A stretch of 64,000 bases of DNA from the human T2T-CHM13v2.0 reference genome, Homo sapiens, in the NCBI RefSeq assembly GCF_009914755.1, contig NC_060934.1; one strand, 5' to 3'. Below, piece after piece: positions 1-19,879 of the stretch. Position 1 is the first letter of the stretch. The number at the start of each line of letters is the position of its first letter. A program made the position numbers and the translations under genes. The notes beneath the pieces are model-generated. The model saw nothing but the letters and a program-made list of their open reading frames with translations. It was not told the DNA's origin and ran no database searches.

Positions 1-171
1 CAAAAGCTGGTGGTCTGCTATCATATCTAAAACACCTTCCAAACACCTCTTTTAAGTTTGCAATTTCCCATCATTTTCGTTTTGCCTAGAAAGCTAGAAA
101 AATCAAGTTTGTGAAGAGCTGAACATTAAATGCCAATAGATATGACTCTTAATATGGTGAAAAAAAAATTA

Positions 172-435
172 GGCTGGGTGCAGTGGCTCATACCTGTAAT
201 CCCAACACCTTGGAAGGGTGAGGCAGGAGGATCCTTTGAGCCCAGGAGTTCGAGACTAGCCTGGGCAACAACAACAAAAAAATTAGCCATGTGTTGTGGT
301 ATGCACCTGTAGTCCCAGCTACTTGGGAGGCTGAGGCGGGAAGATCCCTTGAGCCCAAGAGATAGAAGCTGCAGTGAGCCAAGATTGTGTCATTGTACTC
401 CAGCCTGGGTGACACAGTGAGACCCTGTCTCAAAA
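172..435 (+). mobile_element. Alu (AluJ-like, internal deletion)
   Basis: Alu consensus match by eye. Confidence 0.85.
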
Positions 436-2677
436 ATATATATGTAATAATAGTAAAAATAAACAAAGAACGTGGCTTTTGGATTGTGACTGTGCTCTCA
501 GGGGCCTTTCCTGAAAGCTTCCAGAGGGCAGTCTTCCAGATGAGCGAGGGTGCTGTCCCTGCAGAGCTGCTCCTGCACCTGTTCATGAGGTGTTGTCTGA
601 AGAGCAGAGGCTTGCCCAAAAACAAGACACACACCACGATGCTCTACAAACACAGATGTGCAAGTTAGCTACTACGACCTCTCAAACAGCAACAGTCAAA
701 CAGTATTTCTGGACTGAAATCAACAGAAGACAGGCAGAGCAAGATGGAAGAATAGAAGTCTCCACCCATCAACCTCCACCCGACCCATGCCCCACAAGAA
801 CAGGAAGTTAATAACTATCTACACAGAAAAAAATACCTTTAGAAGAGCCAAAAATCAGGTAGGCCCTCGTAGTACCTGGTTTTATCTTCATATTGCTGAA
901 AGAAGCACTGAGGAGTCAGAAAAATAGTCCCGAATCACCACACATTTAAACCAGCCCAAGCCTGAGGGGAATCTCTGATTCCAGCAGTGGGAAATTGAGT
1001 TCCCCCAAACCTCGCCACTGTGGGCTACAGTGCTCTGTGTCTTTAAATCAGCTTGAAAGTCCGTCTAGGCCATAAGGACTGCAACACTTAGGTGAGTCCT
1101 AGTGCTGAACTAGGCCCAGAGACAGTGGATTCGGGGGGCACGTGGACTACTGAGACATCAGCCAAGGGAGTGGTGGCATCACCCCTGCCCTAACCCCAGG
1201 CTGCACAGCTCATGGCTCCAAAAGAGACCTCTTCCTTCAGTTTGAAGAGAGGAGAAGAAAAAGTGGGAAGAGCTTCGTCTTGCATCTTGGATACCAGCTC
1301 AGCCACAGAAGGATAGGGCTCAGTCAGAGTTGTGAAGTCCCTTTTCCAGGCCCTACCTCCCAGGTGACATTTCTAGACACACCTTGGGCCAGAAGGGAAC
1401 CTGCTGCCTTGAAGGAAGGACCCAGTCCTGGCAGCATTCATTACCTGCTAGCTGAAGAGCCCTTGGGCCCTGAATAGCCAGCAGTGACACCCAGGACCTT
1501 GGGTGAGCCTCTGAGACTTGCTGGCTTCAGGTACCAGTACGGCCACAGTTGGGTAGAGCACTGGGCAGCCTCCTGGGGTCCCCAACTCTAGGACTTGACT
1601 CTTGAATGGCATTTCTGGACCTGCCCTGGGCCAGAGGGGAGCCTAGTGCCCTGAAATATGGGTTGCAGGCCAGGCAGTACTTACCACGAGCTGACTTAAG
1701 AGCCCTAGGGCCTTAACGGCCTGGCAGTACTTCTCATGGCTTGGGGTGGCGGTGGCTGAAAAGTAAGACTCCTCTGCCTTTGGAAAGGGGAGGGAAGAGT
1801 GGGAAAGACTGCAATTGTGGTTTGAGTACCAGCTCAGTCACAATACAATAGAATACCAGGTAGACTTCTAAGGTTTTCCACTTAAGTACATGATGCCCGG
1901 AGAGCACCTCTGAGTCTGCCCAGAGGCTTGGGGAATCTCGCTGCCCTAAAGGGAAAGCCACAAGCCTGGCTGGCTTTGCCACCTGCTGATAGTAGTGCCC
2001 CAGGGCCCTGAGCGAACACAGGCAGTAACCAGGGCGTGGTTATGGCAGGTCTTAGGCAAAAGCCAGTACTGTGCCGGCTTCAGGTCGGACACAGCACAGT
2101 CAGAGTGGTGGTGGCCACAGGGGTGCTTGTGTCACTCCACCCCCAGCTTTAGGTGGCTGAGAACAGAGAGACTGTTCGTTTGGGAAAGTAAGGGAAGAGA
2201 ACAAGAATCTCTGCCTGGTAATGCAGAGAATTCTCCCAGATCTTGCCCAAGACCATCAAGGCAGCACGTCTATGAGTCTGCAGGAACCACAGCATTACTG
2301 GGCATGGGTGACCCCTAAAGCAGAAACAGCTTAGAATACAACACCCAAGTCCTTTCACATATCTGGAAAACCTTCCCAAGAAGGACAGGTATAAATAAGC
2401 CCAGACAGTGAAGACTACAACGAATATCTAATTCTTCAATGCCCAGACACCAAAGAACATTTACTAGCATCAACACCATCCAGGAAAACATGACCTCACC
2501 AAATAAACTAAATAAGGCACCAGGGACCAATCCTGGAGAAAAAGAGATATGTGACCTTTCAGACAGAGAATTCAAAATAGTTGTGCTGAGGAAACTCAAA
2601 GAAGAGACAAAGGTCACTATATAATGATAAAGGGCTCACTTCAACAAAAGGATATCACAATTTTAAATATATATTCG

Positions 2678-3033
<356 letters not shown>

Positions 3034-3429
3034 TTAATTATATATATACACCCAACACTGGAGCACCCAGATATAGAAGGCAAATATTAGTGCTAAAGAG
3101 AAAGATAGGCTCCGATACAATAATAGCTGGAGACTTTAACACCCTACTTTCATCACTGGCTAGATCTTCTAGACCAAAAATCAATAAAGAAACATCTTTA
3201 TTGATGAAAGATGCAGATTTAATCTACACTATTGAACAAAGGGATCTAACAGATATTTATAGAACATTTCATCCAAAAGCTACAGAATACACGTTCTTTT
3301 CCTCAGCACATGGATCATCCTCAAGGATAGATCATATGTTAGGTCACAAAGTAAGTCTTAAAACATTCAAAAAAATTGAAATAATATCAAGCATCTTCTG
3401 TAACCACAATGGAATAAAACTGGAAATTA

Positions 3430-3768
<339 letters not shown>

Positions 3769-4157
3769 CAAATACAAGGAAATTAAGCAACATGCTCCTG
3801 AATGACCAGTGGGTCAATGAAGAAATTAAGAAGGAAACTGAAAATTTTCTTGAAACAAATGATAATGAAAACACAACATACCAAAACCTATGGATACAGC
3901 AAAAGCAGTACTAAGAGGAAAGTTTATAGTGTAAGCCTACATCAAAACGGGGAAAAAACTTCAAAAAAACAATCTAATGATGAAACAACTAGAAACACAA
4001 GGGAGAACGAAACCCAAAATTAATAGAAGAAATAATAAAGATCAGAGTAGAAATAAAATGCAATTGAAATGAAAAAGACAATAGAAAAGTTAAACAAAAC
4101 TGACAAACTTTTAGCCAGACTAAGAAAAAGAAAAGATTCAAATAAATAAAATCAGAA

Positions 4158-4436
<279 letters not shown>

Positions 4437-4471
4437 TTAATTGATGCAGAAAAAGTATTTGATAAAATTCA

Positions 4472-4775
<304 letters not shown>

Positions 4776-5558
4776 TATATATATAAATCAAAATAGATTA
4801 AAATCTTAAATCTAAGACCTCAAACTATGAAGCTACTAAAGGAAAACACTGGGAAAAATCTTTAGGACATTGGTCTTGGCAAAAATTTCTTGAGCAAAAC
4901 CCCCCAACAAACAGACAACCAAAGCAAAAATGGACAAATAGGATCACATCAAGTTAAAAAACTTCTGCACAGCAAAGGATAAAATCAACAAAGAGACAAC
5001 CCACTGAATGGGAGAAAATATTTGCAAACTACCCATCTGACAAGGGATTCATAACCAGAATATGTAAGGAGCTCAAACAACTCTATAGGAAAAAAATCTA
5101 ATAAACCAATCAGATATGGGCAAAAGATTTGAACAGACATTTCTCAAAAGAAGACATACAGATGGCAAACGGAATATGAAAAGGTGCTCAACATCACTGA
5201 TCATCAGGGCAATGCAAATCAAAACCACAATGAGATATCATCTCACCTCAGTTAAAATGGTTTATATCCAAAAGACAGGCAATAGCAAATGCTGGTAAGG
5301 ATGTAGAGAAAAGGGAACCCTTGTACACTGTTGGTTGGAATGAAAATTAGTACAACCACCACGGAGAACAGTTTGGAGTTTCCTTAGAAAAGTAAAAATT
5401 GAGCTACCATATGATTCAGCAATCCCACTGCTGGGTATATACCCAAAAGAAAGGACATCAGTCTATCGAAGAGATATCTGCACTCCTATGTTTGTTGCAG
5501 CACTGTTCACAATAGCTAAAATTTGGAAGCAACCTAAGTGTCCATCAACAGATGAATG

Positions 5559-5915
<357 letters not shown>

Positions 5916-6381
5916 TCAGCCATAAAAAAGAATAAGATCCAGCCATTTGCAACAACATGGATAGAACTGGAGATCACTATGTTAAGTGAAATAAGCTAGA
6001 CACAGAAAGACAAACATCACATGTTCTCACTTATTTGTGGGATCTAAAAATCAAAACAATTGAACTCATGTACATAGAGAGTAGAAGGATAGGCTGGGAA
6101 ACGTAGTGGGAAGCTATGGTGGGGCAGGAGATGGAGATGGATAATGGGTACAAAAAAATCAGAAAGAATGAATAAGACCTACTATTTCATATCACAACAG
6201 GGTGACTATAGTCAATAATAACTTAATTGTATATTAAAATAAGGAGTGTAATTGGATTGTTTGTAAGTCAAAGGATAAATGTTTGAGGGGATGGATACCC
6301 CATTCTCCATGATGTGCTTATTTCACATTGCATACCTATATCAAAATATCTACTATCTACACCCACTATGTATAAAAATTT

Positions 6382-6724
6382 GGCTTGGCACAGTGGTGCA
6401 CATCTGTAATCCCAACACTTTGGGAAGTGGAAGCAGGTGGATCACTTGAGGTCAGGAGTTTGAGACCAGTCTGGTTAACATGGTGAAACCCAATCTCTAC
6501 TGAAAATACAAAAATTAGCCAGGTGTGGTGGTGGCGCCTGTAATTCCAGCTACTCCAGAGGCTGAGTGAGGCAAGAAAATCACTTGAACCTGGGAAGCAG
6601 AGGTTGCAGTGAGCTGAGATCACACCACTGCACTCCAGCCTGAGCAACAGAGTGAGACCCTGTCTCAAAAAAAAAAAAAAAAAAAATTAGCCAGGCATGG
6701 TGGCACACACCTATAATCCCAGCT
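6382..6724 (+). mobile_element. Alu followed by a short right-arm Alu fragment
   Basis: Dimer to ~6687, then TTAGCCAGGCATGGTGGC...CCCAGCTA. Confidence 0.85.
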
Positions 6725-7905
6725 AAAATTGCCAACAAAAATAGAAAATAAAATAAATTGTTAAAGAATAAAAGGACATAAGGAACCAAAAACAAACAAA
6801 CAAAAAAACAAAAGAGAAGTAGCTGCATGAAGGAGATGGGTGTTTAGGTTGGCTCGTATTGAAGGGTGATTATTTTGGGTCAAGTGGATTCACCCACATG
6901 ACTAGTATTTATGGAGTGCCTGTTCCTTGTCAGCCACCTTATTAAAACTGAAATGAATTGTAGACCAATACAAAGTTCTTTCCTAAAATAACTTATGCTC
7001 TATAAAACAGTTTCTGAAAAGCATTCCCAAACCATTTGTGGTTTTTGCCATATCCCAGTCCCATCTATACTATTACCTAATATTTTAGTAGATTATCCAA
7101 ATTAACTCTATTTTTCCCAACAAACAAATATATAACAAAATAAAAACCGGCTTATCTGTTAACCACTACGATTACCTGGAATATCATTAACCTATGATAC
7201 TTTGGACATACCAGTCTGGTGAGATCACGTTACTGATCTATATTACCATTAAAGCTCAAATATTAGAGTCCCATGCAGAGCTGATCAGATCGTTAAGCTG
7301 AACCTCTGTTTCAAAGGGCCTTGCAGGCAAAGGAGATGAGAACTACCTATGGAGAGACATTTAGATTCCTACTCATAAGCCTAATGGAGATGACTATACC
7401 CAAAGATGCTGAAGAATACATGTAATTTACTGATGAGCTTGTAACCACTAAGGATAAGATGGATTGATATGGAGCCTTAGATGAGTGGCTAGAGAAGTTG
7501 GTAAAGGGAATAATATATTTAGAATGCTACAGACAAAGAGAAAGCCATACTTTTTAACAAACTGATCTCAATGCTTAATTGCTTTGTTTCTAACAAGCTA
7601 GAGAAAATATTTCCGTCTGCAGTCATTTTGTTATTACTCAAAAAACTGACCTCCTGAAGTAAATAAAGCAATGGCTAAACAACTCTTAGTGGCAGAGAAT
7701 AGACACTAGGGAGACCGTAAACTATTCGCAGGTGCAGAATTCCTTCTCAGACCTCAAAAGTTGTAGTAATAGAAAGGAGGCATTGGCCAAGGTCAGGCTA
7801 AGTTTGAGTTATGTACTAAAAGTTCTATTAAGGACAGCCAAAGACTGGCCTCTGTTACAGTCTGTCTTTGGTGGTGGGAACAACCAAATAAATCAGTCAG
7901 ACACC

Positions 7906-8200
<295 letters not shown>

Positions 8201-8269
8201 TCAGTCAGATATCTAGTTATCCTAAGGCACGTAAAGCATGCTTATGAGTGACTAGAAGGCAAGTAGAAA

Positions 8270-9085
8270 CAAGGATTTCAGATAACAGAATCAAAGTAGA
8301 CAAGCTGGAAAAAGAAGCAGTGAAGCGATATAATTTAATAGGAATAAATCTAAGGCTGGTATCTAGTCAGAAAAATTGGCAGCACACAGCCAAAGTGTAG
8401 TATTGGGTCAAAAAAAGAAAGAAAGAAAAAAATTGGCAAAAAATTGGTAAGTCAAAGTGTAAAGAAGATGTAGTTAAGCAGCACATCAAGCAAGGCTTTA
8501 ACTCAAAGAATCAGGAATATGAAGAGGCTGACAACAGAACAAACCTAATCTAAGGATCTGTTGCAGGTCATAAGAAGGAAAACAATGAACTTGAGGTCAT
8601 GGGTGTGAAGGGCAGAAGAGATGTGTAGAGTTGCCATACTATATCAGAGGAAAGAGATAATGACATGAGCACCTCTGTGCTTAAGAGAAATCTAGCAAAC
8701 AGAGGTCAATCCAGAGAATACTGGCTCCAGTGGTGATTTCAGAGAACCCAGAAGATAGAGTAGGTGAGAAGTAGTATGGGGGCTACTTGAATGGAAAACA
8801 TTAGCTCTGAGGTTGGGTTCCTCTTCTGGCTTCAAAGGAGAGGCTCTCATAATCACATTGTTGGGGTAAACTACTGGACACAGGGACTTGAGTGAGTACC
8901 TTCTGTCTCTCTCCAGACTACCCAGAGATTTAGGCCAAATGCTACAAGGGGCCATTGCATTGTCAGGCTTTATCAACAGAGGCAAAATATTTAGACCACT
9001 GAAAGGAATAGCCAGCTGTACTCTGGGTAAGAAACCTCAACTCTGGCTTTCCATTTTGAGCACCTCACTTTAGAAGGACATGACA
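8270..9085 (+). mobile_element. Degenerate L3/CR1 LINE fragments
   Basis: Patches resembling CR1 ORF2 3' part (GACAAGCTGGAA...AATTTAATAGGAATAAAT; TTTTGAGCACCTCACTTTAGAAGGACATGAC). Confidence 0.4.
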
Positions 9086-9644
9086 TTGTCAGAAGGACCT
9101 GACTCACTTGGAGATCCTACACTATGCTGGCTGAAAGGAGGCCATGATTCACAATAGAGACATCTATAATATGGCCATAGACATCCACAGCATTTCCAGG
9201 ATCAGAAGTAGAAACTCCACCAACTAGAGGCTGTCCCGTGGTCACTGTTTAATGTGAGCTCAATATACCGTGTGTTTCAGAAATACTCTGATACCTCTTA
9301 GGAATGAATTATATTCATTAAAGAGGTATACCTCAGTAATGAGGAATTTAGTTTCTTTGAACTTTTCTTTTTTAACTCACTAGGTTACTTCGAGAAATCA
9401 GACCATACAAAGTAGTTATCAATGATAAAGAGAAGTGAGAAATCAACTGATAACATAAGCAAGCTGTTGATACAACATTTTCAATTGTTAAAGGCAACAC
9501 AACAGAGCTAAGTCTAGACACAAGATAACCAGAGCTCACTGCCATGATAGATAATGTCCCCCATATTGGGTAATCAATGTATTAGTTAAGAAGGTTGCAA
9601 ATATATGACTCAATCAAGAGAAGAGAATTTCTTTACTTTTTAAT

Positions 9645-9943
9645 TTTTAATTTTACTTTTGAGACAGGGTCACTCGCTCTGTCACCCAGGTTGGAGTGCA
9701 GTGGCATGATCTTGGCTCACTGCAACCTCCATCTCCTGGATTCAAGTGATTCTCGTGCATCAGCCGCCTGAGTAGCTGGAATTACAGGCATGTGCCACCA
9801 TGCCTGGCTAATTTTTGTATTTTTAGTAGAGATGGGGTTTCACCATGTTGGCCAGGCTGTTCTTGAACTCCTGGCCTCAAGTGATCTGCCCGCTTTGGCC
9901 TCCCAAAGTGCTAGGATTACAGGCATGAGCCACCACACCTGGC
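9645..9943 (-). mobile_element. Alu
   Basis: Antisense full dimer. Confidence 0.9.
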
Positions 9944-10235
9944 TAAAGAGCATTTCTAAAATGAGTATTATTTCTGACCGATAGAGGAAAATTTCAACCC
10001 CAGGAAAATTTCAACCCCAGTTCACTGTTTTTTTTAGACACATTCCTGAGGTCTGAGAAAATCTAAGGGAACATAGCACCTCAAATAAGTTTAATAAATT
10101 ACATTTAAACTACAATAGCTTCATTTAAAGAGTACATCTGGGACTCAGTGCTTTAACATGAGCCCTTTTAGAATCAGTTCAAGTCATAATTTGAACTCAC
10201 ACCTGGGTTTTGCCTGTCCTTTAAAAAGTCAGCTC

Positions 10236-10530
10236 GGCCAGGTGCAGTGGCTCACACCTATAATTCCAGCACATTGGGAGGCTGAGGCGCAGAGATCATT
10301 TGAGCTCAGGAGCTCGAGACCAGCCTGGGCAACATGCTGAGACCCCCCCTCTCTATCAAAAACACAAAAAATTGGCCAGGCGTGGTGGTGCACTCCTGTG
10401 GTTCCAGCTACTCGGGAGGCTGAGGTGTGAGAATCACTTGAGTCTGGAAGGCAGGAGTTGCTGTGAGCTAAGACTGCACCACTGCACTCCAAACTGGGTG
10501 ACAGAGTGAGACCTCGTCTCAAAAAAAAAA
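10236..10530 (+). mobile_element. Alu (AluJ-like)
   Basis: TSD AAAAAGTCAGCTC. Confidence 0.9.
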
Positions 10531-10711
10531 GTCAGCTCAGCCAAAATCCTGAAACTATGACTCTTTAGAGTCAAATCAAGCAGAGATCAGTAATAATGTA
10601 TCAAAGTTCTCCTTTTTAAAAAATATACTATGCAATGGCTAGGAAAAGAGCAGCACTAAAAACTTGGTTTTAGAACTATTTAAGGGAAAAATGTTTAAAA
10701 AATTAAGGGTT

Positions 10712-10860
10712 GTCTGGGTATGGTGAGGTGTGCCTGTAATCCCAGCTACTTGGGAGGCTGATGCACTTGAGCCCAGGAGTTCAAGTCTAGCCTGAACAGC
10801 ATCTCCAAAAATAAATAGATAGACAGATAGATAGATAAATAAATAAGTAAATAAATAAAA
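10712..10860 (+). mobile_element. Alu monomer (FLAM-like) with (GATA)n/(AAAT)n tail
   Basis: TSD AAAATTAAGGGTTG. Confidence 0.8.
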
Positions 10861-11186
10861 TTAAGGGTTGAGTATAAATGTCCCTGTTTTCAGATCTGGC
10901 CTTAATGTGAACCTGGGCACCCCATGAAAGGGCCCTGGCTGACTTAGGCCATTTCCTAACATCTGGAGCAACATAGCTTCTTGGAAAGCCCATTTATCTG
11001 GTGTGCTAAAAGGTTTTAAACATAATGTGATCATAATCTTCTTGGCATGTGTCATACAGTACATCTAGCCAGGCCTAAAAACCACCGTAACCTCATTAAT
11101 ATTCCCACTAAATATGGTGTCTTTCTGGTCGCTAAAGCAGGGCCTCCACCAACAGACAATACAAAGAATGTCTAAACATAAATTTT

Positions 11187-11570
<384 letters not shown>

Positions 11571-11642
11571 AGTTTTTCAACTATGAGCTGGAATGCTGTT
11601 GTTTAGAAAGCAGATGACAGATGCCTAGAAAATTAAAGTGGT

Positions 11643-12268
<626 letters not shown>

Positions 12269-13720
12269 AAAATTAAAGTGGCAATGTGAAAACAGCTTTT
12301 CCACACCAACAAATGTCTCAGATATAGCAAACCCACAGTTATTAATTTTAGAAGCAATCTAGGGTAGATTTTTAAAAATCAGAGGGGAAACAGTTGGGAT
12401 TTTATTTTGTTTTTACCTTACAAAGGATGAGACTTACCATTTTTCACATTCTCAAGTGCTAGGGTTATGAAAGATTTTAAAATTACCTTTGTGCCCTTCC
12501 CACAGTTTAAGAACTTACTTATTTTCCCATAGCAGGGCTTCTGTGTCAATGCCTCTGCCATATGTTTATGGAGTGCAAAGAGTTCTATGAGGGCTGCTCT
12601 GTTTAGCCTTAAGATAATGTTTTCATGAAACACAGAGGGGTGGGCTGACAGTATCTGGCACAGTCTGGTTTCCTGCTATGCTGCTTGGAAATGGGGCTGG
12701 AGGTATGGGTATAAATCAGTCCAAAACCAAGTGCTAGTGTCATATAGTGAACAAAGGGCAAGAAAATCGTTAAAAATGTGAAATGAGTAACTATCATGGT
12801 ATCACCCCCTCAGGGTATAGAGATGCAGAGCACCCTGGCTATAACACAACCTCACGGGCCTCTGTTTCCCCTAGCCTATGAGGGGTTTCAACAAGTAGGA
12901 ATAAGCACTCACCAAAAGACTGCTAACTTACTTCTAACACCTGACTTCTAGAGTTGAATCTGAATGTTCTACTGAGATAAGTATTTAGAAAAAAGGCAAT
13001 GGACTTTTTTCCAATTCTTTATCTCATAAACAACCTCTACACTCAACTATGAGCAGGAAAGATGAATATTTAAATCACTGTAAAGAGTTTTCATATTAAA
13101 AATGATCACAAGTCCAAGGGAGGAGACATGAAAGAACAGAGGAGGACAGGAGAGTCAGAAGTCAGGACGTGGAAGGAGAGCATGGACAAAAGGTTCTATT
13201 CCATTCAAAGATCTTTACCTTCCTTTAGATAACCCAAACTCCCTTTAAAAAACTATTTCTAGTCAAGGGCTCTGGGACTCCCAGTACTTCAAAATAAGCC
13301 CAGGTAGGATTAGTTCAGATGATACTTGAACTCACTTCTGAGTGTTGTTTCCTCTAGGGTCAAGTCAAACATAGCTATAGACACAGCTAGGAAGCTTTCA
13401 AGCCAGGTCAGGCAGGGACCACTAAGAGCAGCAAGATAAAGGCTGGGTTGTATGAATCCCAACTAAGGATAGGAGTAGAAATAGTCTGAGAACAGGTCAT
13501 CTCATCCTTACTTCTTTTGCTATTGAGTCATTGTATATATTCCTGCTGTGGTCAGGAACAAAGTACAGTATTATCAGCATTTCTGTTAGTATGGTTCCTA
13601 ATGGAAATATGGGTCATATTAGTCTTCGTGTAGGCTAAAAATATACACCCTTTGGTAGTCTAGTAAATGCCCAACATGTGTCAACTAAACAGAGAGAGAA
13701 AAAAAGATTAAATATATTAA

Positions 13721-14138
<418 letters not shown>

Positions 14139-14547
14139 TAAATAAAAAGTATTAGAAAGTCCAAAATTGGCAAACTAAAAGTCGCTCTGGTTCCCAACAT
14201 GAAGCTAAAATAGAGTCACGGGAACACTTTGTCAATGGTATACTGATTTCAACAACGATTTTTCCTTCTTATATGGAGACATTTTAGATATGACAGATAA
14301 TCTCAAATAATCAAAAGATAAAGAATTACAAATACTAAAGGGAATATCAACCACAATGTCAATGCCCCACTACTACATGGACATGCAGTTGCTATTTCCT
14401 TGCCCTGTCCGAAACCCTCTGTAGATATAAAATACATGGTAGATGGGACACATTTGGAAAAAAAGGGACTAAGAGAAAGGGAAAAACAATCAACTGCTTA
14501 TTAAGCTTCTGCATTTGAGCATGAAAGAAGGAAAGAAGCTGCAAACA

Positions 14548-14828
14548 CAGTGTTTTTCTCAACTGGGTTCTCTAAAACATTATTTCCAAGAAATGACACA
14601 TTTTTCCATGATCGAAACAAATTTGTGAAAAACTGCATATTGCCTCCTTCTTGGGTCTTCACAATGAAGATTAGTATATGAAAGATTATAATATGTCATA
14701 GAATAAACCAGCCTTTCTTTAAACAAGCATTTCCAAACTCATTTGACTCAGCAAAATTTTTTAAATAAAATAGATAATAAAATCCCAGGAGACTCATGTT
14801 TTATGGAGCATACTTTAAGAAACACAGA
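14548..14828. mobile_element. hAT-Charlie (Charlie4-like) DNA transposon remnant
   Basis: CAGTGTTTTTCTC...AAGAAACAC termini; internal GCATTTCCAAACTCATTTGAC; resembles 42128-42700. Confidence 0.45.
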
Positions 14829-14918
14829 GGAACTAATTGTAGGGACTTTTTCCCTAGAATATGGGTAGAGAAGACCTGCCTGCTGAGATCTCTTCCTCTG
14901 TTTAAAAAATTCAGATAT

Positions 14919-15346
<428 letters not shown>

Positions 15347-15490
15347 TTATCACCTGAAATTCCAATTAGATTGTTTTTAATAAGCATCTTCCAGAAGAGT
15401 TCAAATATTAGTCATCCATGGTTTGACATAATGTGTTATCAGTGCTATCGTATATTGACAGAGTGCTTTACAGTTTTCAAAAACACTTTC

Positions 15491-15494
<4 letters not shown>

Positions 15495-15526
<32 letters not shown>
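15495..15526. repeat. (CA)n microsatellite
   Basis: Direct observation. Confidence 0.95.
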
Positions 15527-15528
<2 letters not shown>

Positions 15529-15867
15529 CCTTCAAGCTATATAATAAGTGATACAGTCAAGACTAAAACCCCAGATTGGCTGATTCTAGTCTAGTATCCT
15601 TTCTACTAGTAAAAATATTTCTATGGGATGTATTGGGAAACTATAACCAATGTCTACTGCATGATGCATTTAAAGTTGTAAAGATCTGATTTACAAATTT
15701 CTAGCGGACAACATGACCAAGCTGAGCTAGACAATGGTTGTGTTGGGGGGCAGCAGGAGTTGCCCCAGATTTTTATAAACAAATTTTTCATATCTATCAA
15801 GTCATATGTTTTTGCTAGGCTAAGGGATATTCAACTGATTCTACACTTTAAAAATTTTCTCATGACT

Positions 15868-16223
<356 letters not shown>

Positions 16224-17456
16224 TTACCCATTTTCAATGATCTCATTTTCATACTACAAAAATCTTTCATATGTAAATGACCTAGATTTCCATTACATTT
16301 AAAAAACTGGATTTAGCAAAGCTTTTACATCTTAAGAGTTCATTTGGCATCACTTCTAAAAATACCACTAGAACAGAAAGAATGTGTACAGGTGCCATCT
16401 TTGGCTCTTATTGTGTTTAAATACTTTAAACTCAGTTTTTTATAGAAACACCATTCAAAGGAATATAAGCAAAATTTAATCCTAACCTGTATTTCATTTC
16501 AGGTTCAAAATCTTTTCAGTATCGAAAAGATACTGGTAAAAATACCACTTTCAAGACTGAAATGAAAAAAGCCTTCGATCCTTTAAATGAAAAAACATAC
16601 CCAGTTGTCTACATCTATAAAAGGAACTTAAGTCTTTACATGCATGTCTTGACTAACATCCAACCAGAATGTTGACAGATTGGCACCTATGTTAACCTTT
16701 TTTAAAGTATCAACTTCAACTATTTCATTTTCCTTATATCAAGGATACTTAATGGAACTGAATAAATACTTTAAAAGGAAAAAAAAAAGAGCCAACAATT
16801 AGCCTTTGGACGTATGATTAGGCCATAGCACAATTTAAATAGGCCAGGCTCAGCAATAATACAAATCAACATCTGCCTGTTCAGCCTAGTAACTTCCCAG
16901 AGCATTTCTTCAACTGTCATGGTTTATCTGCGCAATAAAGTGTGAGGTAGTTAGGCTGGTGTTCTTATTACCTCAGGATAATGAAATCAAGCCTCTAAAG
17001 GTTAAGCAGTTTGTCCAAGATCATACCACGATTGGAAAAAGCTAGGAATAGACCCAGATCTCTGAATTCCTAAGCCAGTACTTTTGTTTGTTTGTTTGTT
17101 TTGTTTTGTTCAACTACAGCAATGGTTCTCTAGGAGGTGGGGACAGAGTTGAGTATGGGATGTATCCCCCACTTACATACTAATGATCATGCCTGTGACT
17201 GCCCCACTCTATTAGAGTTCTAGGGAGCCTCTGTTACGCACGAGTGTAACATACACCTCAAGTATGCGGAGGCAGAAGAAATGCTGAGAATTATGTGCTG
17301 AGTATCATACAACATTGACATTGTCAACACAGGGACAAATTACCAATCAGCCAATAACTAGTAAACATGAGCCATAAGGTAAGCCTTTATTTATTTATTT
17401 CAAGATGCTAATGACTTTTTTCCTTAGAAGTAAAAACTAAGGCATGAATCTCTGTC

Positions 17457-18173
<717 letters not shown>

Positions 18174-18514
18174 GGATGAGCAGCAAGGCTCAGGAAGGGC
18201 GTCCAAAAAAGACAGCTCTGCCCTCAGTTGTCAAGGATCTTGAGAAAGTTTCCAAACCTCTCTTAGATTCTCCTGTGTGCAAAACAAAGAGGGTTGGACC
18301 AGGTCATGCCTAAAGTTAAGTCCAACTTGGGTGTATTATAAGTGCCAAAAAACACTTTTGATATTCTGAACAGCGAAATCTAAATTTCTTTAGAGTGTCC
18401 TTAACTAAGTAGAAAAAGAAAGCTGTGCAAAGTGCTCTCTGGTGGACAGTTGGATATGTGAAAGAATGGTTTAAAAGGTCTTCCCATCTGAGCCACCTCT
18501 CTTTTTAACTATTT

Positions 18515-19320
<806 letters not shown>

Positions 19321-19879
19321 CTAGATGTCTAGTATCCAGGCTTCCATGGCTGCTTCCAGTCCTTACCCTCCTATATATCCTCTACTTGATTCTGCACATT
19401 AGTGAGTGCCTGCTGTGTGCCAAGCACTTCCATTCAGACTCCTGAGCAAAAGTGACAGAATTAAGATCATAGCAGCTCTGTGAGGAACTCCTAGTAGAAG
19501 AAGCCTCTTCCACTTCTCTTAGTCCTCCCGTGGCTGGACATGCCACAGCAAAACGTTGCTGATGTGTAGATTTATCAACTTACTCCAACAAGAGGGACTC
19601 TAATCACAGTAATAGCAGGGTTCAGAAGTTTCCCCCAAGAGCCTGGGCTACTTTGTTCCTGTAACTTTGAAGAGCACAGGTTAAATAAGTAGGATCCTCT
19701 CTATATTATGAGCTGAATAATTACAGAGAATAAAGTGTATCCCCTACCACCATTCCGCTATTGTTATTATGCAGTTGATCTTATTGCAGACTTAAAGGCT
19801 GTACATTAAAACACCTCTATGTTTCTTAAGACATGAAATACGGGATGATTAAAAAAATACCTCTGTGTTCTAAAACAGA

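Noticed and set aside
16510-16534. Small alternative hairpins (CAGTATC-GAAAA-GATACTG)
   Set aside because: Stems of 7-8 bp in AT-rich DNA are unremarkable.
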